The position numbers were made by a program, and so were the translations under genes. Shown piece after piece: positions 1-10,409 of a stretch of DNA of 64,000 nt (position 1 is its first letter; each line of letters begins with the position of its first letter). Under the pieces are notes generated by a model, which was not told where the DNA came from, did not search any database, and saw nothing but the letters and a program-made list of their open reading frames with translations. Source of the stretch: Carcharhinus amblyrhynchos. Its lineage: Eukaryota. Where the stretch lies: positions 63,302,001 through 63,366,000 of the forward strand of contig OZ336874.1 of the NCBI GenBank assembly GCA_965287045.1, in the 5' to 3' direction.

Positions 1-428
1 ATTTGGTCCATGAAAAGATCACTATGATCCAAGGACCTGCCTTCAGTACATAGGATGATAATGAATGAAGAACCAACACTATTGGTTATCCCACCTCCTA
101 TTATTAGTCAATTTTACTGCTGATCAATTCTCAATTCAGTGTTTCTCTCTTTGGAAAATATGTGACTCAAATGGTCTCTTTTTTCGTTTTGATTAGCTTG
201 GTGTTGCTGCAGTTGGAATAAAACATGATGGTGAACCATTTTTATTTGTAACAAAAAATGTTTTATGACAAAGCTTATTTCTCATCAGAGGCAATGGGCT
301 CAGGAATATGGAAGTGAGAGATGAATGAACAGATCCAGAGAAGAGATTTAATTAGAACTTCACCATAACAGATCTTCCCAGAGACAGAAACAAGGATGTT
401 TTGATTGCATTCAGTAAACTAAATAATT

Positions 429-893
429 GGGCAGAATCTTACCAAAAAATAGCAGTGTCAGGATCTGACTGAAAACCAATGTGTCTCTCCAGAGAAACAG
501 GAAGGTTTTCTCTCCAGATCTCAGGCGAAGCCTAAGCACACCATCAAACCTAGCTGCACAGAGCTTAAAAAAAACAAACCTCCCCCAACCCACCACGAGG
601 TCTTAGGGGCTCCCCTCACCTGTACGATCAAAGCCGGCATCTCTCCACTTCCCCACCCCCTTCTGCACACCCCTTCCCCCTCAACAGTGATCAATGCTGG
701 CATCACCCATGCTCTCTTCCCCAATCTCTACAAACAGCCAACACAGGCATCACCTTCCCTCTCTCTCTCCCCATACCAATAGTCATCACCACCATCAAAC
801 CCCTCCTTGCAGTGCTAAACAATCATTGCTGGCATCACACTCCACCTCCCCATTACATTACATTAGAAAGCAATTTTCCATTCATGAAAGCCC
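429..893. mobile_element. Probable non-autonomous Harbinger-type element/MITE fragment with C-rich interior
   Basis: Starts GGGCAGAATCTTACCAAAAAA, resembling termini at 37015 (GGGCAGAATTCTC), 54968 and 58896. Right boundary uncertain. Confidence 0.4.
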
Positions 894-1345
894 ATGCGAT
901 ACAGTTAAATCCCCTTGAGTACTTAATCCTTTATAAAGAAAATATTTGTATTCACAACCCTATTTTAAAGACAGCTAATCCTTTCATAAATGTTTTGAAC
1001 TGCCAATCAAAATGTGACCTTATAACATCCTACTGTGATAAAGAAAAGTTGTGGGAAACAGCCAAGCATTAATAATGCTATAATGATAGCACTTAGGTTA
1101 TTGTCAACAGACATTTCTTGAAACTACTAGCACGGATGTTTCTGTTTAGTTCCACAGTTACAGGTAGACCTTTTTTTCCCATTTTTAAAGGGTTAGCCAT
1201 TTAAAAACTTGTCAGCTTGACAATTCTACAGATTTCATCCAACCCTCAGGAACAATTATGACTTCTCTAAAGATTGTAATGCCTATGCTGCTGTAGCAGA
1301 AATGGAATCAGTTTCAAATTAGCATTTAGTTCAAATGGCCCTGTT

Positions 1346-1997
1346 GAACATAGAACATAGAACATAGAACATTACAGCGCAGAACAGGCCCTTCGGCCCA
1401 CGATGTTGCGCCGACCAGTTACAAAAACAATGACCCACTAGCCTATACCAATCCCTTTTCGTCCATAAACCTATCCAGAGATCTCTTAAACGCCCCCAAA
1501 CTAGACGCATTTACAACTGCAGCAGGCAGGGCATTCCAATCCCTCACCACCCGCTGGGTAAAGAACCTACCCCTGACATCCGTCCTGTAGCTACCCCCCC
1601 TTAATTTAAAGCCATGCCCCCTTGTGCTAGCTTTCTCCATCCGAGGAAAAAGGCTATCACTATCCACCCTATCTAAACCTCTAATCATCTTATATGTTTC
1701 AATAAGATCCCCTCTTAGCCGCCTTCTTTCCAACGAAAACAACCCTAAATCCCTCAGTCTCTCCTCATAGGACCTCCCCACCATACCAGGCACCATCCTA
1801 GTAAACCTCCTCTGCACCCTCTCCAACGCCTCCACATCCTTCTTGTAATGCGGGGACCAGAACTGCACACAGTACTCCAAGTGCGGCCGCACTAGAGTAG
1901 TGTACAGTTGCAACATTACACTGCGACTCCTAAATTCAATCCCCCTACCAATAAACGCCAAGACACCGTACGCCTTCTTAACAACCTTATCTACTTG
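1346..1997 (-). mobile_element. CR1 LINE, 5'-truncated, relatively young; ORF2 C-terminus still open
   Basis: ORF 1443..1961(-) reads LYTTLVRPHLEYCVQFWSPHYKKDVEALERVQRRFTRM...RRRLRGDLIETYK...TRGHGFKL...FFTQRVVRDWNALP, typical of the CR1 ORF2 C-terminus. The 3' hairpin (GGGCCGAAGGGCC on -) and (ATGTTCT)n tail lie at 1346-1400. Confidence 0.95.
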
Positions 1998-2377
1998 AGT
2001 TCAGGATTCCCACATATGGCCTGCCATTGTTCCTCTGCCTTCCCAGCAATATTGGGATTTGATGGAAATAGGGCCAGGAAATTTGTTTCTCGATCCCACC
2101 CATCATTTTGGAAGGTCCCTGGAATCTCCATGAACATGTAAATTCCAGGCCTGAATGTCTGCAACTGATCTGTATCAGCAGAATCTTCTGGTGAAATATT
2201 TTACATTTGGGAGTTTTATACAAAACTTCCTACACATTTGAACAATAATACAATGCTCACTGATCTGCTCTCCACTTAAATGAACAATAGGTAATTTTGA
2301 GAAGGGAGTAGCAGTTGCAGCTACCAGGACTGGGTCATCATGGTGGAAGTTGCAAATGGTGTTATCACTTTTGCATC

Positions 2378-2465
2378 TAGAATCATAGAATCACAGAAAA
2401 ACTACAGCACAAACAGGCCCTTCGGCCCACAAGTTGCACCGATCTTATCTCTACCTACTAGGCTT
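2378..2465 (-). mobile_element. CR1 3' UTR/tail-only fragment
   Basis: TAGAATCATAGAATCACAGAAAAACTACAGCACAAACAGGCCCTTCGGCCCACAAGTTG, nearly identical to 2747-2822. Confidence 0.85.
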
Positions 2466-2479
2466 GGTTAACGGGATAC

Positions 2480-2735
2480 TTTTAAATTGCATTCCAGAAA
2501 AAGGGTGAGAGGTGGATGGGTTTAGGGAGAGAATTCCGAATTATGGGGTAAACACCTGAAAGTGTGGCCAGCAATGGTGATGTGAAAGAAGGGACAGCTG
2601 ACAAAAGGCCAGTCAGAGGAACAGATTTGGGAGGAATGGTAAGGCAGAAACAGGTTACAGAGATAGTGAGGGGAATCAAACATGAAGCTGAGAGTTTTGG
2701 ATTAAAAGACTGGGGAACTGGTCGCAAATACAAGT
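2480..2735 (-). mobile_element. L2-type LINE ORF2 C-terminal fragment, degraded
   Basis: Minus translation ...LATLSGVYPIIRNSLPKPIHLS resembles the L2/CR1-group motif G.RAFS..GP.LWNSLP..LRLS. Confidence 0.55.
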
Positions 2736-2739
2736 AAAA

Positions 2740-3705
2740 CATTGAGCATAGAAAAACTACAGCACAAACAGACCTTTCGGCCCACAAGTTGCGCCGATGA
2801 TATCCATATCTACTAGGCTTACCTATAACCCTCAATCCTATTAAGTCCCATGTACTCATCCAGAAGTCTCTTAAAAGACTCTAACGAATTTGCCTCCACC
2901 ACCACTGACGGCAGCCAATTCCACCCACTCACCACCCTCTGAGTGAAAACTTACCCCTGACATCTCCTCTGTACCTACTCCCCAGCACCTTAAACCTGTG
3001 TCCTCTTGCGGCAGTCATTTCAGCTCTGGGAAAAAGCCTCTGACAGTCCACCCGATCAATACCTCTCAACATCTTATACACCTCTGTCAGGTCCCCTCTC
3101 ATCCTTCGTCTCTCTAAGGAGAAAAGATTGAGCTCCCTCACCTATCCTCATAAGGCATGCCACCCAATCCAGGCAACATCCTTGTAAATCTCCTCTGCAC
3201 CCTTTCAATGGCTTCCACATCCTTCCTGTAATGAGGCGACCAGAACTGAGCACAGTACTCCAAGTGGGGTCTGACCAGGGTCATATAAAGCTGCAGCATT
3301 ATCTCCCGACTCCTAAACTCAATTTCTCAATTAATGAAGGCCAGTACACCATACGCCTTCTTAACCACATCCTCTACCTGCGAAGCTGATTTGAGAGTCC
3401 TATGAACCGGACCCCAAGATCCTTCTGATTTTCCACACTGCTAAAAGTCTTACCCTTAATGTTATATTCCTTCATCCCATTTGACCTGCCAAAATGTATC
3501 ACTACACATTTATCCAGATTGAAGTCCATCTGCCACTTCTCTGCCCAGTCTTGCATCCTATCTATGTCACACTGCAACTTCTGACATCCCTCCAAACTAT
3601 CCAGAACACCACCAACCTTCGTGTCATCGGCAAACTTACCAACGCATCCCTCCACTTCCTCATTCAGGTCATTTATAAAAATCACAAACAGCAAGGGTTC
3701 CAGAA
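2740..3705 (-). mobile_element. CR1 LINE, 5'-truncated, RT C-terminal half plus 3' tail
   Basis: ORF 3374..3694 (LFVIFINDL...KFADDTK...LQCDIDRMQDWAEKWQMDFN..KC) and ORF 2929..3141 (LFSLERRRMRGDLTEVYKML); CR1 tail at 2740-2800. Confidence 0.95.
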
Positions 3706-4061
3706 CTTTTTAAAATTGTCACTTTTGACAGTTGGTCACTTTTTATGGTCACTTTTTAAAATTGGCTGGTGATATCTGACAACATTTTCTAACATTGTTC
3801 ACAGAAAGCCTTCACCCAAACTCTCCACCAATAAATGGAGTTCAGGATAATTCGGGAACAACTACCTGAAGGCTGCAAATTGACTTTCTTAATGGGAATG
3901 TTCCAAATTAAAATCATGTCAAAGGAAAATGAGTAGCAGGAGAATGAAAGGAAAACAAAGTTATTCAAGCAGCATCTGATGACAGTTAAACTATCCCTGC
4001 AGTATCTATGCTGTAGCATGCACCAACACAGATGCTGTTGACAGGACCTTTCATAAGGTTT

Positions 4062-4157
4062 GAAATAAAAACAGAAAATGCTGAAAGTACTCAACAGATC
4101 TGGCAGCATCTGTGGAGAGAGAAACATGGCTCATATTTCAGGTCATGACCTTTCAGT
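4062..4157 (-). mobile_element. Penelope-like terminal-repeat fragment with decayed hammerhead motif
   Basis: AAACAGAAAATGCTG..CTCAACAGATCTGGCAGCATCTGTGGAGAGAGAAACA is shared with 15782, 38410 and 43420. Minus strand reads CTGA-AAGGTCA-TGACCT-GAAA. Confidence 0.7.
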
Positions 4158-4964
4158 GCTTCCTTTATTTTGAACATGCAACTTTGGAAGAACTTTGCTT
4201 GTTTGCTACAGTTAGAATTCAAGGTTTATAGAGGATGGACAACTCTAGAAAGCTGCAAGGGAATTTATTTAGATCAGTTACTTTACTGTAGATTCAAACT
4301 CAAAGCAAACCACCAGGACAATCTGGTTTATACTCTTCTGCTCTACACAGAGAGATGACTGAAAGTGCAATGGAAATTTTCAGAGGCGCGTTCCCAGGAT
4401 TAAGGGCTATTGATTGTATTCATTTTGCATTGTAAATGACCAATTGCAAAGACTTCCATTTACAAAATGTGCATGCCACAGGCACAGATTGCAAAACAAG
4501 AATACATGGTATGCTGGCAACTATCCATTGCCTCAGCTCTGTTTCAACAGCAGGAACAAGAGAGACGGTGACTGCTGGGTGGTAAGAGATACATCTTGCT
4601 GCCATCACTCACAATGTTAATTTGCAAGGTCACGGATTCTGAGAGGGATCCAATGGGACATCAAGGCTGAAAAATTCAGCTGCTTTATGCAGCTGGTGCC
4701 AACCCTACAGCAATCTTGACATGGGAAAATGGTGGCCAAACAGCTTCTGATGCAACCTGCATGGCATGCCATGTTGTAAGGGCACTCACACAGCATGCTC
4801 GAGAAATATGAGGAGTGTGCAAACCATGATACCTAATAATGCTGATTCGGTGCCCAGGATGCTCTTTTGGGTCTCATAGATCCTGTTAACACTGTCTCTT
4901 AAACATTTCTTGGAGCTGAACTTACTTTCAGCTGATGAGGGACCTTCAACCAATGTCATTTAAA

Positions 4965-5335
4965 AGTATAGAGGTCTATAGAATAATGAGGGACACAGAT
5001 CAGCTAGATAGTCCACATCTTTTTCCAAAGGTAGGGGAGTCTAAAACTAGAGGGCATAGGTTTAAGGTGAGAGGGGAGGAATATAAAAGGGTTCAGAGGA
5101 GCAATTTTTTCACACAGAGAGTGGTGACTGTCTGGAACAAGCTGCTAGAGGTGGTAGTAGAAGCGAGTATAATTTTGTCTTTTAAAAAGCATTTAGATTG
5201 TTATATAAGTAAGATGGTATAGTGGGATATGGGCCAAAAGCAGGCAATTGGGAGTAGCTTAGTGTTAAAAAAGGGGCAGCATGGACAAATTGGGCCGAAG
5301 GGCCAGTTTCCATGCTGTAAACGTCTATGAGCCTG
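4965..5335 (+). mobile_element. CR1 LINE 3' fragment
   Basis: IEVYRIMR...LFPKVGESKTRGHRFKVRGE...NFFTQRVVTVWNKL; GGGCCGAAGGGCC hairpin at ~5292. Confidence 0.9.
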
Positions 5336-5344
5336 TGATTAAGA

Positions 5345-5570
5345 AGAAATGACCTTACCATTTCCGCCCTGTTAATACCCCTCAGCATGTTAAAGGTTTC
5401 AATCAAGTCACCTCTTAATCTTCTAAAGTCTTGTGGATACAAATCAAACCTTTTCTTCTAAGACAACCCAAACAATTCCAGGTATTAGTCTCCTAAATCT
5501 TCTCTAAACTGCTTCCAATTCATTTCCATCTTCTTTTAAATAAGGAGACCAATACTGTACATAATCTATC
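5345..5570 (-). mobile_element. CR1 LINE ORF2 fragment, tail-to-tail with the previous copy
   Basis: Minus translation FRRLRGDLIETFNMLRGINR; upstream YVQYWSPYL-like motif. Confidence 0.85.
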
Positions 5571-5599
5571 ACGGATGCTAAACTTGCAATCCCTCTTAT

Positions 5600-7460
5600 G
5601 TTCCAGGATGACAAGGTTGTGGAGCATATGCAGCAGAGAGGGGAAACAGTGCACGGGGGGAGGGGGAGGCTCTCCAGAAGTCCATTCTACTCGGGGTTTT
5701 GGATGAGCATTTTTCCATCTCCACCTCTGCTGGGAATAGTGTGTGAGATGGCTTTGATATACAAAATTAAATGACAGAATATCACACTAATGGATTGGTC
5801 CATGCCTGCTATCCTGAAAACAGCCACGATGCCTTCAACGTGATGCAGTTAACAGCTCCCACCATCTTTTTGCCGCCACATTGAATGAGAGGTTGGCTGC
5901 TGAATGACAAAGGGTACCCTTTATACTCCTGTCATCATGATTTTCCTCCACTACCTGATCACATATGGACTGCACCTGTACAATGAGAGTCATTCAGCGA
6001 CCAAGAGCATCATGGAGAAAATCACTGCTGTTCTGTAACAATTCCACTGCCTAGTCTATTGACCCTACCCACTGCTATCCTAATGCTTGCAGCATGGCAA
6101 GTGGGAAGCTGTTGGCTTGAGGACCACCATATGCAGCTCTGGGGTTAGGGGGTTGGGTTTTGGATTTCTGTACCTCTGCAGCCTGGTCTGGCTGGCTGGG
6201 TGAAAGTCACCAATGAGGGCACTGGTGGAGTAACAGGGGGAGGATGAATACTGTCATATACCCCTGCCCCTAATTAATTGACGCACAGCAACTGGGCTAG
6301 CTTTTCTCACTGGGGATATCACATTATTCCCTCACACCCTTGCAAAACTAAACAAAAAACCCACAATGAACCGATGTTTCAAGTTGAGAAGACCTTATAG
6401 ATAATGGGCAAGAGTCTCTGGCTTCCCAGACACTTGTTTCCTGCCGGTGGGAGATGGCATGTTGTTTGATAGCAGTGGGATTCTCTGGCCCTGCTGCTGT
6501 CAATGGGAATTCCCATTAATGTCACTCCACGCTGGTGGGAAACCCATGGATAGGGATGCGCTGCTGGTGGGACTGGAGAATCCTGCCAGAGTGAACGGCA
6601 GGAGAATTCCGGCCAACATCTGCGTGGTCCGTGACATCACCTTAGCCTGCTTACCCACTCTCTGCTGATTGGCTGGCACTTCTTCAAGGCGCAACTTTCA
6701 CCAGAGTGAGGGGTGCAATTCCCACCTCATGTCAATCAGTGTTTAGTAGCATTGTTTCCTTCGAAGGGTTGAGGTGGTACAGGCATGTTGTTCTCCCTTG
6801 GGTTTCTGTTATTTCCTTCTGTTATGTGTGATCTTGCTTACGAGAGAGAGAGAGAAAAGAATGTCAGTGAGTGTGTTGCCATGTGTTTGGTTGCTGTGCC
6901 TGCCACAGATGAATAGCTGGAGAATTATGAAAGTTGGGGGAGGTGGGTGTGAGGCTGGCTGCAGTGGTAACTTTGTGAAAGCGATATGGAACTTCTGAAT
7001 GTTGGTGTTGGGTAATGACTGTTGATTGATCAGCGATTGGGGGTTGGTGGAGGGTGCATGAGCACTATGTGAAGTTGGTGTAGCAGTGGATCAGAAAAGA
7101 CATCTGAAGATGATTTACTTGTGAAGTTACTGAACTTTCTGATAGCACTGCATTCAGATCCATGGGGTCAGACTCCTTGGGTCAGACTTTGCTGGCCCGG
7201 CACAACATTGGAGACAAAATTGCAGAATTTTTCATCCCATTCCCATCCTCTGTTATTTTATAGGTGCAGGATAAGCACGCAGGTCATGATCCTGCACACA
7301 ACAATCCCTATGCCAGCAGGGATGGTGATCTTAAAATCCTTGCAATTTTCATGGAGTCAGACAGGCTTCTAAAGGCAAAATGGTTCATGCCAGGTCGGAA
7401 GGGTCATGAAACATGGGTAAACCTGTTCTCAAGTCAGAAAGCTGTTGACAGGTAAGCTTA
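5600..7460. mobile_element. Decayed PIF/Harbinger transposon (HARBI1-like transposase on +, Myb/SANT-like remnant on -)
   Basis: + strand ~5790-6060 reads ACYPENSHDAF...GWLLNDKGYPL...YNESHSATKSIMEK. Minus strand ~7115-7170 reads TPWI*MQCYQKVQ*L (Myb-like R..QC.KK..DL). Minus strand ~5610-5640 reads MLHNLVI. Confidence 0.75.
6405..6614. mobile_element. Palindromic MITE (Harbinger-type termini)
   Basis: Ends GGAGAATTCCGGCC; internal GTCAATGGGAATTCCCATTAATGTCAC hairpin, also seen at 54583-54610. Confidence 0.7.
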
Positions 7461-8796
7461 AAACTTGTTGACAATTTCACATGGCATAATGTAATGCTAA
7501 GGGATCATTATGATAATTATATTTTAATGCGGTGATTGAAGATAGGGCTTGTTCTTAAAAGGTAAGTGATCATTCAGTGCGGGCCAGTGATATGAATGCG
7601 TTCATATGCATTTAGTACTTTATCCAGCAAATACAGTGTTCTTTAGCAATAAACATTTCAGATGGATCCTGTGCTTTTATCTTGTCTTTGATTAATAGTT
7701 CAACTATCTGTTCAGCTATGGAGGCATGGGAGATTCAGTGAGCATGGGAATATATAAAGAGCAAGTGAGTGAGTACAGAGGTAAGGTCTGAGCACTAACG
7801 CTTACACAGAATAGAGCTGATGCCCCAGGGACCTGAAGCAGAACTTTGAATCTGCCAGCCTCAGCAATAATCTGCTTCTATTTCTGCCTTGGGTTGGTTT
7901 CCAGAGGCAGCAGCCCCGATTCTGGCTCACCTTCACCACCCCACTGGCATTGCTGGACAGGAAGCTGGTTTACAATTTCAGGAAATCTCCAACTCATGGG
8001 ACTTGTGGGGAGGGAGAGAAAGGGTGGGGGGTGGGGGTATGGGTGAGGGTTGGGTGGATTGGTTTCTCCACTCCTGTTTTTAACAGGCTGGATTGAGAGT
8101 GGAAAAGCTGCCTGGGCACAGTCCTTGGCAGTGCCAGACTGCCCCCATCAATTTTGACTTTATAAAGGGCATCCCAATGCAAAAAAGTCAAAATTGAAGG
8201 GGGCAGTGTTTGGTTAGTAAAGGGCACCATGATCTTTAAAACATTAATTTGCTGGTGGCAGGGGCTCACTCAGAGCCTGCCCCATTCATGTTATGTCACA
8301 GCACCCACCCACTTCACTGTTTTCAATTATATGTCTGATTGTAAGGCAGAAAAAACCCATCCACTGCATCACTCACTGAAAAATGGGAAAGATCCCTCCA
8401 TTGTTCCCACCTTAAAGGGGCTCTTAAATTGACATCCATGGAACACTATCTCTAGTCAACTGAAAAGAGGTGTAGGTTGCCTTTAAGAAGTGCAAGCTAG
8501 CTGTTTCTTGTGTTAGCCATGCCCCTACTGATTGTGATGGAAGTCAGCAACATGTTTAGTGTTGACCTTCATGGTGATGAGGAGACAACATAAAGTTTGC
8601 ATGCTGCCTGATCACTTCAACTGTATGCAGGGTAATCACGCATCATAATCTGCATCATCAATGGGTTTAATTGATCTTGTAGTTCAAGGTAATGCAAGAA
8701 TTTGAATTGAGCAAGCATTTGGTGTGGTTAAAAAAAGGCCTTGGTGCATCAACGTGCAGATGCTGCATGCTTACTGTGTGTGCACTTGCTTGCTTG

Positions 8797-9138
8797 CATA
8801 ATTGCACAGTGGCTAACACTGCTGCCTTACAATGCCAGGGCACAGGGTTCAATTCCAGCCTTGGATGACTGCCTATGTGGAGTTTGCACATTCTCCTTGT
8901 GTCTGTGTGGGTTTCCTTTGGGTGCTCCAGTTTCCTCCCACAGTCCAAACATGTTAAGATTAGGCATATTGGCCATGCTACATTGTCCCTTAGTGTCTCA
9001 AGATGTGTAGCTTTGGAGGATTACGGAGTAAATTCGTGAGGTCACGGAAATAGGGCCTTGGTAAAATGATCTGTCGGAGATTCAGTACAGACTGGATGGG
9101 CCAAATGGCCTCCTTCTGTACTATAGGGATTCTATGAT
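8797..9138 (+). mobile_element. HE1-type tRNA-derived SINE with CR1-like tail
   Basis: A-box-like GCACAGTGG, B-box GGTTCAATTCC, core GTGGAGTTTGCACATTCTCC..GTCTGTGTGGGTTTCC, tail GATGGGCCAAATGGCCTCCTTCTGTACT..GATTCTATGAT. Confidence 0.9.
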
Positions 9139-10409
9139 CAATAATAAAATAACTGGTATCTAGATTGGTAGATGAATCGGGTGAAGGGAAAACATCTCCT
9201 CTAGATTGGTCTCAGCTCCAATTATGGTCTTTTGGGATATAGGTTCCTCATTGCCACATGGAGCCTCCAATTCTGATGACTCCAGGTCACCTGCTGGGAG
9301 GCTGCCTCTGTTGAACTAGTGGCTTCTACATGTGACAAGGGACTGCTATGCGGCTGGAAAAAGAGCAGAGAGGCTGAAAATTACTTTGAAACAGAGGCCT
9401 TAATTATGTTAATTGGTTCAGTGGTGTGGGCAGCTAATCTGCTTCCCAGCGTGGGGAAAATTCCCTAGAAGCAAGAATGCATCAGCGAGCTATCCCAAAG
9501 CAATTCTTCCTCCCCACCATTTTCCCAGCCACACCCAATACAAAGCCATCATCATGGGGGCAGGCAAGTTCAACCCTTTAACTCTGTTTTTCTGTAACAT
9601 CTGTCCTTCAGACATTGTCAGACCCGCTGAGCATTTTTTAAAAAACTTTTATTGTTCAAATCAAACTTTTGCTCTTTACAACGAGCTATCATGTCAATGT
9701 CATGAGCTTCAACATAGTACCCATTGTCCTGTGAGAAAACTAATCACAAAGTAGTCCTTCTATGAATAATTCCAGTGATTTATTACAACTATTTACAAAT
9801 GCATTACTTAATTTCTTCACTGTAAACTCCCTTGTGACTGCAGAACCTTTTCTTTGCCCTATTTCTATGTGTGATCTGAGGGCCTGGGGTCTAAGATGTA
9901 TAGGGCTGCACTAAACTATTTTGAGCCTCTTGTGATGGAAGTAGCCCTGCTGTCAGGGTCTCTAAGTCATGGGCTGACTCTTTGTCATGGGCTCGATGGC
10001 AGCCTGGAGCTGCAAAATTGAAGACATCTGCAGGGAGCTTTTTAAAAATTGCTCGCAGGATATGGGCCTCGCTAGCAAGAGCATCATTTATTACCCATCC
10101 CTAGCTGATAGCATACTTCTCTGTGCTAATGTCATAAGGCAATCAGCCTTACCAGCATGCACACCAGCTACTCTGCTAGCGCTGAGAACAAAATTCTCGT
10201 TACCGCCAATCAGTGAGAGAACTGAGCTCACGGAATTAGAAAGAGATTTAAATCCCTGAGGTTCAACTAAACATCCTTTAATCTCTGCAAGATGCTGTTC
10301 TATATACTCCAGTTGTCATGGAGCTACCAAACTGGACCCCAAGATGTCCAGTCCTTCATTTATTACCTGCATTTTGAATGATTAATTGATTTGCCTGAAT
10401 CTCTGATGA

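Noticed and set aside
4740-4830. Possible RTE-type LINE remnants (WAGHVVR-like), also at ~50895-51035
   Set aside because: Similarity is too short and frameshifted to support by eye.
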